Assembly (NCBI GenBank): GCA_964016885.1
Contig: OZ024743.1
Span: forward strand, 146,630,001 to 146,694,000
Length of the DNA stretch: 64,000 nt
From: Eledone cirrhosa
Taxonomy: Eukaryota
Reading direction: 5' to 3'
This document shows positions 48,772 through 60,186 of the stretch, in pieces (within the stretch, counting starts at the first letter, position 1; every line of letters starts with the position of its first letter). Position numbers and translations under genes: made by a program. The notes below the pieces were generated by a model. That model saw only the letters and a list, made by a program, of their open reading frames with translations, made no database searches and had not been told where the DNA came from.

Positions 48772-50376
48772 GCTCTTCCTTGTGAGGCAATTACAGGAAA
48801 AGTACCTAGCTAAAAGTAAGCCACTCTACTTGGCATTTGTCGACCTTGAGAAAGCCTTTGACAGAGTTCCACGTGCAGTAATCTGGTGGGCTCTTAGAAA
48901 ACTAGGAGTAGATGAATGGCTTGTGAAAGCGGTACAAGCCATGTATAGGGGAGCAGTCAGCAAAGTTAGGATTGGCAATGAGTATAGCGAGGAATTTAGC
49001 GTACAGGTTGGGGTCCACCAGGGCTCTGTTCTTAGCCCTCTCCTGTTCATCATAGTCCTGCAGGCAATAACGGAGGAGTTTAAGACCGGATGCCCATGGG
49101 AACTCCTGTATGCTGATGACCTCGCACTCATAGCTGAATCTATGGTAGAACTAGAGAATAAATTCCAAACCTGGAAGCAGGGACTAGAGAGAAAGGGCCT
49201 CAAAGTCAACATGACAAAGACTAAGGTCCTTATAAGTAGACGAGAAAACAGAACCCAGATCCCCTCAGGGAAATGGCCTTGCTCAGTATGTAGGAAAGGT
49301 GTAGGTAGGAACTCCATTCTTTGCCCCAAATGCAAACAATGGGTACACAAGAGATGTAGCGGGATCTCAGGAAGCTTAATTAAGAATGTAGGATTCACGT
49401 GCAGCAGCTGTGCTGAAACAGCAAGCAAACAGCCACAGGAAACAAGTACCACCAATCTCTGGGAGGGCCCTGTAGAAACAGTAGACAGCTTCTGCTACCT
49501 AGGTGACCGAATTAGCAACGGAGGTGGGTGCTCAGAAAGTACAATAACTAGGGTAAGAACGGGATGGAAGAAGTTTAGGGAACTACTACCACTGCTAGCT
49601 GCAAAAGGCTTCTCCCTCAGAATGAAAGGCAGACTATATGATGCGTGTATCCGAACAGCGATGTTGCATGGTAGTGAGACCTGGGCGCTGAAGGTGGAAG
49701 ACTTACGTAGATTAGAGAGAAACGAAGCCTGCATGCTCCGATGGATGTGTAACAGTAATATACGTGAACGACAAAGCATAAATGAATTGAGAGAGAGACT
49801 GAGCATAAGAGGAATCAAATGCTGCGTGCAGGAGAGGCGGTTACGCTGGTATGGACATGTGATGCGTATGAAGGATGACAGCTGCATAAAAAGGTGCAGA
49901 GCACTAGAAGTTGATGGAAACCGCGGAGTGGGGAGACCCAAGATGACTTGGGATGAGGTGATAAAAGCCGACCTTACCCAACTACACCTCTCAAAGTCAA
50001 TGACACACGACCGTGACTTCTGGCGTCACGCAGTAATACAGGGTACCCGACCTCCCATGGGTACATGCTGAAGCATATAAACAATATGCCCCCCCCCCCC
50101 ACCGCAAGGTGGTCGTGGAGGTGCCACGGCAAAAAAGCACCCAGCCCACACTGTAAAGTGGACGTGTAGGCGCCACGAAAAAGCACCCAGCACTCACTGT
50201 AAATGAGGTTGGTGTTAGGAAGGGCATCCAGCTGTAGAAATCAAGCCAGATCAGTTCCTGTATGAGCAAGGCATGGTCAGCCGACCAGACACTGCCCACA
50301 ACAGGACAACCCGTCTAACCCATGCTAGCGTGGAAGAACGGACGTAAAACGGTGATGATGATGATGATGATGATGA
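48772..50376 (+). mobile_element. RTE-clade LINE, subfamily A, young 5'-truncated copy, 7-bp TSD
   Basis: Intact 429-aa RT-PHD-C-terminal frame; TSD atagtgc at 48765-48771 and 50376-50382; (GAT)n tail. Confidence 0.96.
48782..50071 (+). CDS. RTE reverse transcriptase with embedded PHD-type finger (5'-truncated, open frame)
   Basis: FVDLEKAFD, HQGS, YADD, CSVC-x10-CPKC-x4-H-x2-C-x15-CSSC. Confidence 0.75.
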   Translation: MRQLQEKYLAKSKPLYLAFVDLEKAFDRVPRAVIWWALRKLGVDEWLVKAVQAMYRGAVSKVRIGNEYSEEFSVQVGVHQGSVLSPLLFIIVLQAITEEFKTGCPWELLYADDLALIAESMVELENKFQTWKQGLERKGLKVNMTKTKVLISRRENRTQIPSGKWPCSVCRKGVGRNSILCPKCKQWVHKRCSGISGSLIKNVGFTCSSCAETASKQPQETSTTNLWEGPVETVDSFCYLGDRISNGGGCSESTITRVRTGWKKFRELLPLLAAKGFSLRMKGRLYDACIRTAMLHGSETWALKVEDLRRLERNEACMLRWMCNSNIRERQSINELRERLSIRGIKCCVQERRLRWYGHVMRMKDDSCIKRCRALEVDGNRGVGRPKMTWDEVIKADLTQLHLSKSMTHDRDFWRHAVIQGTRPPMGTC

Positions 50377-50417
50377 TAGTGCATACTTTATTTGGGTAGG
50401 GTTATTTAATTATAGGC

Positions 50418-50745
50418 GATGTCACAGGACTGAGACCTCTGGCGTTATGCAGTAATACAGAAGACCCGACCTCCAATGGGTACAAGCCAAAGCTGAAGCA
50501 TATAGACAGCATGCCCCCACCCCCTCTCACTGTAAAGTGGTCGTGTAGGTGTCATGATAAAAAAGCACCCAGTACTCACTGTAAATGAGGTTTGTGTTAG
50601 GAAGGGCATCCAGCTGTAGAAATCAAGCCAAAATCGGTTCTGTATGACCAAGACAAGGTCAGTTGACCTAGCATTGCCCACAATAGGACAACTTGTCTAA
50701 TCCACGTTAATGTGGATGATGATGATAAAAGATGATGATGATGAA
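50418..50745 (+). mobile_element. RTE subfamily A 3'UTR fragment
   Basis: Homologous to 50005-50370, with degenerate hairpin and (GAT)n. Confidence 0.8.
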
Positions 50746-51984
50746 TCATGCAATTTTAGTGCAACTGATAATTAATCCAAGCCAAGGCACAATATGCAAA
50801 TGAATTTCTCTGGAAGAGATTTTATATGCAAAACGTATATAGGCTATAGCTTATTCTTTTATCAAGTGAGTAAACATAAACATGTATATGCCTTAATAAA
50901 TAAAACACATAGAAATATGTGTGTTTCATATGCTCTAATAACAAATGCACTGAATGAAGGACTCAGAATGCTGTTGTACAACCAACATGATATTTATTTT
51001 TAATAATGACTGTTTACTTCAAAGTTTCACATATATTACTGCCTTCTCAAAACAGTGCTAGTAAGATAAACTATTTTCTATACACATTAGTAATTTAATC
51101 TAGGAAATAAGTAATGTCTTCATATAGTAAACACAAATATAATGGTAGAAGGGGTAAGTGTTGGAATAGGTAGGATTATACAAAATGGATTTCATAGAGC
51201 AGGACAAATGATTCCATATAAGTAAAATAAAATAAAAGAGTGGAAAAAGTATTTGCCACATGTTTATTCAGCTATTTTTAAAAATAAATTCCAATTCCCC
51301 ATTGTATGAACTGTTGAAGTCACTAATACAAATAACTAGTAAAAATAATACTTTTCACAGGTTTATTTTTATTTACAGATCTAACTATGAAGGATAAAAA
51401 AACTTGCTTGGAATTGTTTTATTCAGAAGGTTTTTTTTATAAAACAAGATCCAACCACTAAGAAGTAGCATTGTTCATAGCATTGATCGTTTAACCTCAA
51501 TACTTAATATAGTAATAAATATACACATGATAAATATTTTTTCACTACATGCCTACTATTTTATTTTAAGTCTGATGAGCCGCCAATGCATGGGCTCCCA
51601 TTTGCTTACAATAGTGAGTATTAGGGAGAGCGGGGGAGACGGAGGCAGTGACAGTGGGAGTTTTGTTCACATATGTGTATATAAGAGAGAATGAGTCTAA
51701 AAAACATTAGCAATGAACATTTACCTATACCTAAACTTTCAGTACCTTGTTCTTTTTTGTTTATATTTGTGTTTACTATACCAACACACTACTTCTTCTC
51801 AAGACTAAATTACTAATATATGTAGGGAATGGTTCGTCTTAGTAACATTCCTTGAGTACTGTGGAAATACAGTATTATACTTATTTACTATTAATAGTGA
51901 GTAAACACTCACTATTAATAGTAAATAAGTGCATATGTGCATGTATCTATGAGTGTGTGTGTATTTTGATTTATTAATTTTCTA

Positions 51985-52345
51985 ATAGCATAGCTAGGAT
52001 CAATTGCTCGGATTTTGTCTATTGTCCACTCGAGTATTTCAAATGTTGGTGTTAGGACAGGTACATCAAACACATTGTGAGCCACTGGTTTACTGTGCGC
52101 AGAGAGTGCTGATGACCATATTTTTCTTAATCGGGTGTAATATTCCCTGTTTACGCATTTCTTATTACAAATTCCATTATAGGATATGTTCTCATCTATC
52201 TTCAGATATCTGTGGCCATTGATAAAGATGTTGCTAGATTGGCCTGTAATTTTTCCCCACTTTACAATCATATATGAACATTTATCTTGGCCAAACTCCA
52301 TTCTATATCCTTTGAGAATGTTGTAACCAGGTCAAAATTTTTCTT
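51985..52345 (-). pseudogene. Degraded R4/Dong-like RT-thumb fragment
   Basis: FSKDI/MEFGQDKC, DENISYNG..NK, RKIWSSALSA, VPVLTPTF match the 30633 element; abuts (TATG)n. Confidence 0.8.
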
Positions 52346-52668
52346 ATGTATGTATGTATGCATGTATGTATATATATTGTGTGTATGTATGCTGTGTGTG
52401 CATGCATTTACATATATGTATATTTGTGTGTGTATGATAGTGTGTGTACATACATATATATACACACACACAAATAGATACATACCTTTTATCATGGCAC
52501 CAAAACGACTACCTTCCATACATATAAATAGTGGTAGAACACTGGATGGTAATATCCGTAGTGGTAGAGCACTCAGTCCATGGGACGAGTTAGGTAGAAG
52601 TGGTTACACAACAGTTAGTTCACCATACCGAGAACAATTGTTTCACCTTTGCGGATCCTCAGCTGGTA

Positions 52669-52738
<70 letters not shown>

Positions 52739-53662
52739 ACGGCGATGAATTAGTTTTGCGAGGTTTTTTATATGAAATCGTGTGTCGAAATAAAAATATT
52801 GTTATACTTGGGGAGGGTCATATTTGTGTAATAATATTGCCAGAATTAATAACAGAACACACTCACTGTTTGGTTGGTTTTCGCTTCTGTGTCTTTTATA
52901 TCAGTTAATTTAATTTATTCGGTCCTCAATATTACCATTGACTGACCAACGGTCAAAAATACAGATACAATATAGACACAAACACATATATATAGTCTAA
53001 CTAAGTTCTTTCGTTGCACATCTGCAACTTCGTCAGTGGTGCTATTATGTTTCCTCCCATTGTATTGTATGCCTACGCCATCTTTATTTAGTCTGTTTAT
53101 TTATTTATTTTTTGTTTGTCTTCTCTGCGCATGCGTTTGCGTGTGTGTGTAGTGTTTGATGTGTGTTTGTGTTTGGGTGACTGTGTATTGGTTATTGTAT
53201 TCTATCTTAGTTTACTAGTGTGTGTTTATATGTGTTTCTTGTGATTGTGCTTGTGTATGTATTTATTTATTTATTTATTTATTTATTTATACTTTCTTAG
53301 GTCAGTATTGTTTGTTTCGGGGTTGTTGTTATTCCATTCATTTTTTCTGTTTAGCCTTGGCCTTCTAACTTCTATTTCGCTGGCTTCTCTGATTTACCTA
53401 TCTGCTAGGTCATTTCTATGTTTAGATGTTGCAGATGTGCAACGAAAGAACTTTGTTAGACTATATATATATGTGTTTGTGTCTATATTGTATCTGTATT
53501 TTTGACCGTTAGTCAGTCAATGGTAACATTGAGGACCGGATAAATTAAATTAACCGATATAAACGGCACAGAAGCGAAAACCAACCAAACAGTGAGTGTG
53601 TTCTATTATTAATTCTGGTAATATTATTACACAAATATGACCCTCCCCAATTATAACAATAT
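52739..53662 (-). mobile_element. Non-autonomous Penelope-like fold-back element H1 (inverted pseudo-LTRs plus tail) in (TA)n
   Basis: Arms 52796-53028 and 53428-53662 are inverted; ~57-bp one-sided extension 52739-52795; (TA)n on both sides; hammerhead motif. Confidence 0.75.
52998..53041 (-). ncRNA. Minimal type I hammerhead ribozyme motif (stem I degenerate)
   Basis: acca-CUGACGA-a-GUUGCA-gaug-UGCAAC-GAAA-gaac-UU-aguu. Confidence 0.6.
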
Positions 53663-53681
53663 ATATATATATATATATATA

Positions 53682-56660
53682 TCATCATCATCATCATCAT
53701 CATCATCGTCGATCTTCCACGCTTGCATGGGTTTGGACGGGAGTTTTCCCACTTGAGGCAAGAGTGGTTGTCTTGCTCGCATAGGACTGTCTGGCGGGTT
53801 TTCTATGGCTGGATGCCCTTCCTAACACCAAACACATTTACAGTGTGGAACTGGGAGGTTTTTACCGTGTTACCTACACGGCCACATTACAGCATGGACT
53901 GTGTGTTTTTTTGTCGTGACACCTACACGACCTCATTTGTTTTGGACTGGATGTTGTGGTGCCAACATAACTTTACATTGAAAGGGGTGGTGTGGATGGG
54001 GTGGCGGTAGTGGGACGGGGGTGTATTTTGTTAGAGATGCCTACTGACTGTAGTAGGTTTCACTTTGTACTTAGGTAAGGCGGGTCTTCTGTATTACTGT
54101 GTAGCGCCAAAGATCTCGGTCCAGTGACATTGTCTTGGAGAGGTGTAAGTGTGTGAGGTCGGAATTTATCAAGTCCTCCCAGGTTTTTCTGGGTTTGCCT
54201 ACTCCGTGGCTACCGTCTATTTTTATTTCCCTGCACTTTTTTATACAGCTGTCGTCTTTCATGCGCATCACGTGACCATACCAACGTAGTCTTCTCTCGA
54301 GTAAACAACATCTGATCCCTCTTATTTCTAATTTTTCCCTTAGTTCGTTTATGCTTTGCCGTTCACGTATATTACTATTACACATCCAGCGGAGCATGCA
54401 AGCTTCATTCCTCTCCAGTCTGCGTATATCCTCTGCACACAATGCCCAGGTCTCACTGCCATGTAACAGTGCTGTTCGTATGCAGGCATCATACAGCCTG
54501 CCTTTCATTTTTAGAGAGAACCCTTTAACGGCTAATAGTGGTATAAGCTCTCTGAACTTTTTCCATCCAGTTCTGACTCTAGCTACTGTACTTTCAGAGC
54601 ACCCTCCACCACTGCTGATTTTGTCACCCAAGTAACGGAAGGTGTCCACTATTTCTATAGAACCATCTGTGCAATGGAATGAGCTAGTATTCTGTGGGCA
54701 CTTGCTGCTACTTATTGCACCAGAGCACCGGCCACATATACAATCTATGTTATTAGTTAGCTTACCTGTGATCCCACTACATCTTTTATGCACCCATACT
54801 TTGCATTTGGGACATAAAATGGAGTTTCTACCTACTCCTTTCCTACACATTGAGCATGGCCATTTCCCGGATGGGACCGGTGCCCTATTTTCCTTCCTAC
54901 AAACTAGAACTTTAGTCTTAGACAGGTTAATTTTAAGGCCTTTTGATTCTTGGCCATGCTTCCATGTTTGGAATTTCTTCTCTAGTTCGGCCATTGATTC
55001 AGCTATGAGCGTTAGATCATCTGCGTATAGGAGTTCCCATGGGCAGCCGGTCTTGAACTCCACTGTTATAGCCTGAAGGGCAATAATAAATAGTAGGGGC
55101 TAAGAACGGAGCCCTGATGAACACCAACTCTTACGCTAAACTCTTCACTATATTCGTTGTTAATTCTAACCTTGCTGACTGTTTCTTTATACATGGCTTG
55201 TATAGCTCTCACAAGCCATTCATCAACACCTAGTTTTCTAAGAGCCCACCAGATAACGGAACGGAGGACTCTGTCGAAGGCTTTCTCCAAGTCGACAAAA
55301 GCTAAGTATAGGGGTTTACTTTTAGCTAGGTACTTATCCTGTAGTTGTTGTACAATGAAAAGAGCGTCTATGGTACTTTTTCCTGACACAAACCCGAACC
55401 GCATTTCATCTAGATCAATTCTCTCTCTGATTAGTTGCGCTATTACTTTTTCTGTGACCTTCATGACCTGGTCGATTAATTTAATGCCTTTATAGTTACT
55501 CCTATCTAGGGCGGCTCCTTTACCCTTGTAGCAGTTAATGATGATGCTGCTACACCAGTCCTTCGGAGCAACCCCATTCTGTATGACTTGGTTTACTATC
55601 CGGGTGACCATGGTGTGTCCCACCGTTCCAGAAGCTTTCTGCATTTCAGCAACTATTTCCGAAGGCCCAGCCGCCTTACCCGTCTTCATATCTTTGATTG
55701 CCTTACTTATTATACTACCTTCGACTAACACTGATGGTCCCTCTATTGGATCAATGTGGGGGAGACTGTCTTTCTCCCATTTATTCTCCTCATTTAGTAG
55801 CCTTTCGTAGTGACACTTCCAAGCTACCTTCTTATCAGCGTCAGTGATTGCAAGTACACCTTCATCATTAATCACACACTTCTCCCCGACAATATCACGG
55901 TTTTCCTTGACACATTGCCTAGCAATCCTGAACACCTCACGTTTTTGGTCCTCGCATTGTAGAACATGCTTGAACTTTCTTTCCTCTGCTTCCCTTCTTG
56001 CGAAGTACACTTGTCTCCTAGCTTCCCTCCTGGCCACTTGATACTCTTCTCTACTTCCCCCATCCCGCCATACTTTACAAGCCTGCTTTTTGGCCTTAAT
56101 TGACTCCTCCACCTTACTGTTCCACCACCACGTTACTCTCCTCCTGCCTATAGGCCTGCTCCAGCCACAGACATCGTCTGCCGCCATCAGCAGGTTTGCT
56201 TTCAGGAATTCCCACTGCTCCTCTATATTGTACGACTCTAAATGCTCTTACTTACTGTCGAAAGCATCAAGTAATATGCTTTTAAATTTATTTCTGGCTG
56301 TGGGGTCCTTTAGCTTTAGCTTCCATATTTTTCTCCTGAGGATAGTCCTCTTCTGTTGTCGAGTACGTCTCGTCCTGACTATGAGATCGCTAATTATCAG
56401 TCTATGTTGGGAGGTGCATTCTTCATGGGGGAGGGATTTAGTGTTTACAACAGACACTTTGTCACGTCTTCTGGTAAGATATAATCTACCTGGCTGGTAT
56501 GTTCCCCTGATCTGTAGGTGATCAAGTGATTGTCTCATTTTTTGAAGTTAGTGTTACAGATAGTTGGGTTATTTGCCTCACAGAATTCCAGGATTCTGGA
56601 GCCTTCCTAGTTTCTAGTACCAAACCCATAGCCTCCGTGATTTCATCATAGCTGTCACAA
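53682..56660 (-). mobile_element. RTE-clade LINE, subfamily C, partial APE through 3'UTR, frameshifted
   Basis: ORFs 56248-56538, 55066-56187 and 54071-55063 give QHRL, WWWN, FVDLEKAFD, YADD and a complete PHD-like finger; hairpin and (GAT)n tail. Confidence 0.95.
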
Positions 56661-56661
56661 T

Positions 56662-56711
<50 letters not shown>

Positions 56712-56713
<2 letters not shown>

Positions 56714-57250
56714 TTGTTATACTTTGGGAGGGTCATGTTGCCAATAAGAAACACACGCACCAGTTGTTTCACTTCAATTTATTATATATTTATAAATTTA
56801 TAAATTTACAAATCTACAAACTTATAAATTTCTGGTTGGTTGGTTCCACAACCAGATAGTTGTTTATATATAGTCATAGTCCTTTCGTCACACACTCTGT
56901 GACCTCTTCAGTGACTGGGGATTCCTTTCTTTGTTTCTGTGCCTTTCCTTTCTTCTGTCCTACACCATTTTGTTTCTGTGTGTGTGTTGAAGAGGTCACA
57001 GAGTGTGTGACGAAAGGACTATGACTATATATAAACAACTATCTGGTTGTGGAACCAACCAACCAACCAGAAATTTATAAGTTTGTAGATTTGTAAATTT
57101 ATAAATTTATAAATATATAATAAATTGAAGTGAAACAACTGGTACATGTGTTTCTTATTGGCAACATGACCCTCCCAAAGTATAACAATATCGGTTTCAA
57201 CACACGATTTCAGATAAAGAATCTTGCTAAACAAATTCAGAAACGAAATA
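56712..57250. mobile_element. Non-autonomous Penelope-like fold-back element H2 in (TA)n
   Basis: Near-perfect inverted arms 56712-56910 and 56988-57191; extension 57192-57250 is homologous to the H1 extension; (TA)n flanks. Confidence 0.8.
56872..56916 (-). ncRNA. Minimal type I hammerhead ribozyme motif
   Basis: AGUCA-CUGAAGA-g-GUCAC-agagugu-GUGAC-GAAA-ggac-UA-UGACU; stems I and II perfectly paired, core nucleotides present. Confidence 0.75.
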
Positions 57251-57339
57251 TATACATATACATACATATATATACATATATATACAGCATTCGTTAGCTT
57301 GCCTGCAACCAGAGCTCCGATTATGCTGTACTACTTTCT

Positions 57340-57588
57340 TGTATATATATATATGTATATATGTATGTATGTATATGTATGTATGTATATGTATGTATGT
57401 ATATGTATGTATGTATGTATATATATATATATATATGTATATGTATGTATATGTATGTATGTATATGTATGTATGTATATGTAAGTATATGTATGTATGT
57501 ATATATACGTATGTATGTATGTGTATGTATGTATATATATCTATGTATGTATGTATGTGTATGTATGTATATATATATGTATGTATGG
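57340..57588. repeat. (TATG)n/(TA)n microsatellite
   Basis: Seen directly. Confidence 0.93.
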
Positions 57589-57796
57589 ATAAAGTGGTTG
57601 CGTTGCTGACACAGCTAAAAGTACCTGGTCTACCCTGTAAGATGTTCATGTTGTAAATATCGCTGGGGTTAGGAAGGGAATCCAGCTGTGGAAGGCAAGC
57701 CGGAGGAGGTTCTGTATGAGCAAGACATAATCAGCTGATCTGACTTGTCTCACGATATGAGAACTCGTCTAACCTATGTTAATGGACATTAAGTGA

Positions 57797-57987
57797 TAAT
57801 TGTTTCTACTTTTGGCACAAGGCCAGCAATTACCTAGTGTATTACTGGTACTTTATTTTATCGACCCCGTAAGGATGAAAGGCAAAGTTAACCTCGGCGG
57901 GATTTGAACTCGGACCATAAAGGGCCGTAACTCTTTGCTGCAAAGCATGGCGTCCAACCCTCTACCAATACTGCCAATCCACTGCCC
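57797..57987 (-). mobile_element. SINE family A, full length, 18-bp TSD, inserted in an RTE 3' tail remnant (57600-58010)
   Basis: TSD tggacattaagtgataat at 57783-57800 and 57988-58005. Confidence 0.92.
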
Positions 57988-58031
57988 TGGACATTAAGTG
58001 ATAATGATGATTATATATATATGGACATGCA

Positions 58032-58186
58032 CAGGGCCGTTTTATCAGGGGTTGGTGTTTGCAAAAGCTCTGTTCCCCCTCATCAAACTGCTCCCTCCAT
58101 CCGAACAGGGCTCCTTCTTCGAGCAAGACCCCACTTCAAGCAGACCTTCTGTTACCTTTTAAGAACAAGCTAGAATCGGGGCCCTG
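58032..58186. mobile_element. Possible small MITE
   Basis: Ends cagggcc / ggccctg; no convincing TSD. Confidence 0.3.
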
Positions 58187-58490
58187 AGCATAAAGAACAT
58201 TTTTATCTCTTAGAGACTGTTTTTAAAAATGTAGTTGATGTCACTTTTGTGCCGATTTATCAAAATGTCTCTACTTCAGTGACACAAGTTGATGAGAGTA
58301 GGGGGAATTACTGTATATAGTGTATATTTACTTTTGTGTATGAGTGTATGTATAATTTTATCAATGTTGGTGCTTGATGTGTATATAATATTTGTGTGTA
58401 TGTGTGATTGGTTGTATGTGTGTGGTGTTTGTGTATGTGTGTGTGTGTACAATGACCATTCCTTTGCTACCTCCATTATTTGACCTCATG

Positions 58491-58682
58491 GAGGGCGGTG
58501 GATTGGCAGTATCGGTAGAGGGTCGGGCACCATGCTTTCCAGCATAGTTACGTCCCTTTACGATCTGAATTCAAATCCCGTCTAGATTAACTTTGCCTTT
58601 CATCCTTACGGGGTCGATAAAATAAAGTACCAGTAATGCACTGGGTAATTGCTGGCCTTGTGCCTAAAGTAGAAACAATTAT
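58491..58682 (+). mobile_element. SINE family A, full length, 16-bp TSD
   Basis: TSD attatttgacctcatg at 58475-58490 and 58678-58693. Confidence 0.92.
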
Positions 58683-58921
58683 TTGACCTCATGACCTGGT
58701 AGTGGACTGGTGTATTTGAAGAAATTCAAATTTTTTCCTCTCTATTCAATCTCTGGTGTCTTCCTCTTTCTCCCTGCTTATGTGTGTGTGTGTGTATTTG
58801 TAAATGTATATGTGTGTGTGTGTGTGTATATATATATATCTATATCTATATCTATCTATCTATCTATTTCTATATATATATATGTCCAAACCCATGCAAG
58901 CGTGGAAGATGGACGTTAAAC

Positions 58922-58994
<73 letters not shown>

Positions 58995-59009
58995 TTCTCT
59001 ATAAAGTTA

Positions 59010-59300
59010 TGTTAGTACCACAACATCCAGTCCAAACTAATGAGGTCATGTAGGTGTCACGACAAAAAACACACAGTCCACGCTGTAATGTGGTCATGTA
59101 AGTAACACGGTAAAAAGCTCCCAGTCCACACTGTAAATGTGATTGGTGTTAGGAAGGGCATCCAGCCATAGAAAACCTGCCAGATAGTCCTATACGAACG
59201 AGACATGGTCACCCGACCAATCTTGCCTCAAGTGGGACAACTCCCATCTAACCGATGCTAGCGTAGACGATAGACGTTAAACAATGATGTTGATGATGAC
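59010..59300 (+). mobile_element. RTE subfamily C 3'UTR fragment (plus a solo 3' hairpin and tail at 58888-58955)
   Basis: Reverse complement of ~53700-53965. Confidence 0.8.
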
Positions 59301-59867
59301 ATGTATCCATAGACACATTTACATATATACATACATACTGCAATATGTAAGTAAGATATAACGCTATTAAAAATATGTTATATTGGGTGTTTGTGTACAT
59401 CTATGTATATTTATTTATGAGCATATGTGTGTGTGTCGGGGGGGGGGGGGGGCAGTCTGAGAAAGCATACGTAAAAGAAATGAGCTTTGAAAAGTGGCTG
59501 TAAGTGATTGAGTGTGTAAATGAGAAAGAAAATAGAGAGACTGAGACAGATTGGGTGAGAGTGGATTTGTATGTGTCACCATCTACTCTATTTCAATTAT
59601 CAGATTTTGTTTCTAAGAATTGGAGCTCATCATTAAGTAAAAAAACTATACATATGTGTTCACATACATATACACACACACACATATATAGATAATATAC
59701 CCTTCCATATATATGTATAATATGCACACATCCCACATGTATATATTTATATAATTTTATTCTGAATTTAATCTCTTCTATTTAGAAATTCTTTTTCTTA
59801 CTTAACCACTACTTCTTAATGGACCCATTGCAGAGACCTGTCTTGGGATGCTGCCTCTAGATGGCAA

Positions 59868-60019
<152 letters not shown>

Positions 60020-60033
60020 TATATATATATATA

Positions 60034-60186
60034 TAATTGTTTCTACTTTTGGCACAAGGCCAGCAATTATCTCAGTGTATTACTGGTACTTTATTTTATC
60101 GACCCCGTAAGGATGAAAGGCAAAGTTAACCTCGGTGGGATTTGAACTCAGACCATAAAGGGCTGTAACTCTTTGTTGCAAAGCAT
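60034..60186 (-). mobile_element. SINE family A, 5'-truncated, in (TA)n
   Basis: Consensus match; the terminal ~24 bp are duplicated at 60198-60221. Confidence 0.85.

Noticed and set aside
51570-51600. CTGATGA-gcc...ggc hairpin
   Set aside because: No GAAA after stem II.
58491-58582. tRNA gene calls for SINE heads
   Set aside because: Only A/B boxes are kept; each is followed by a SINE body and TSD, and there is no complete cloverleaf.
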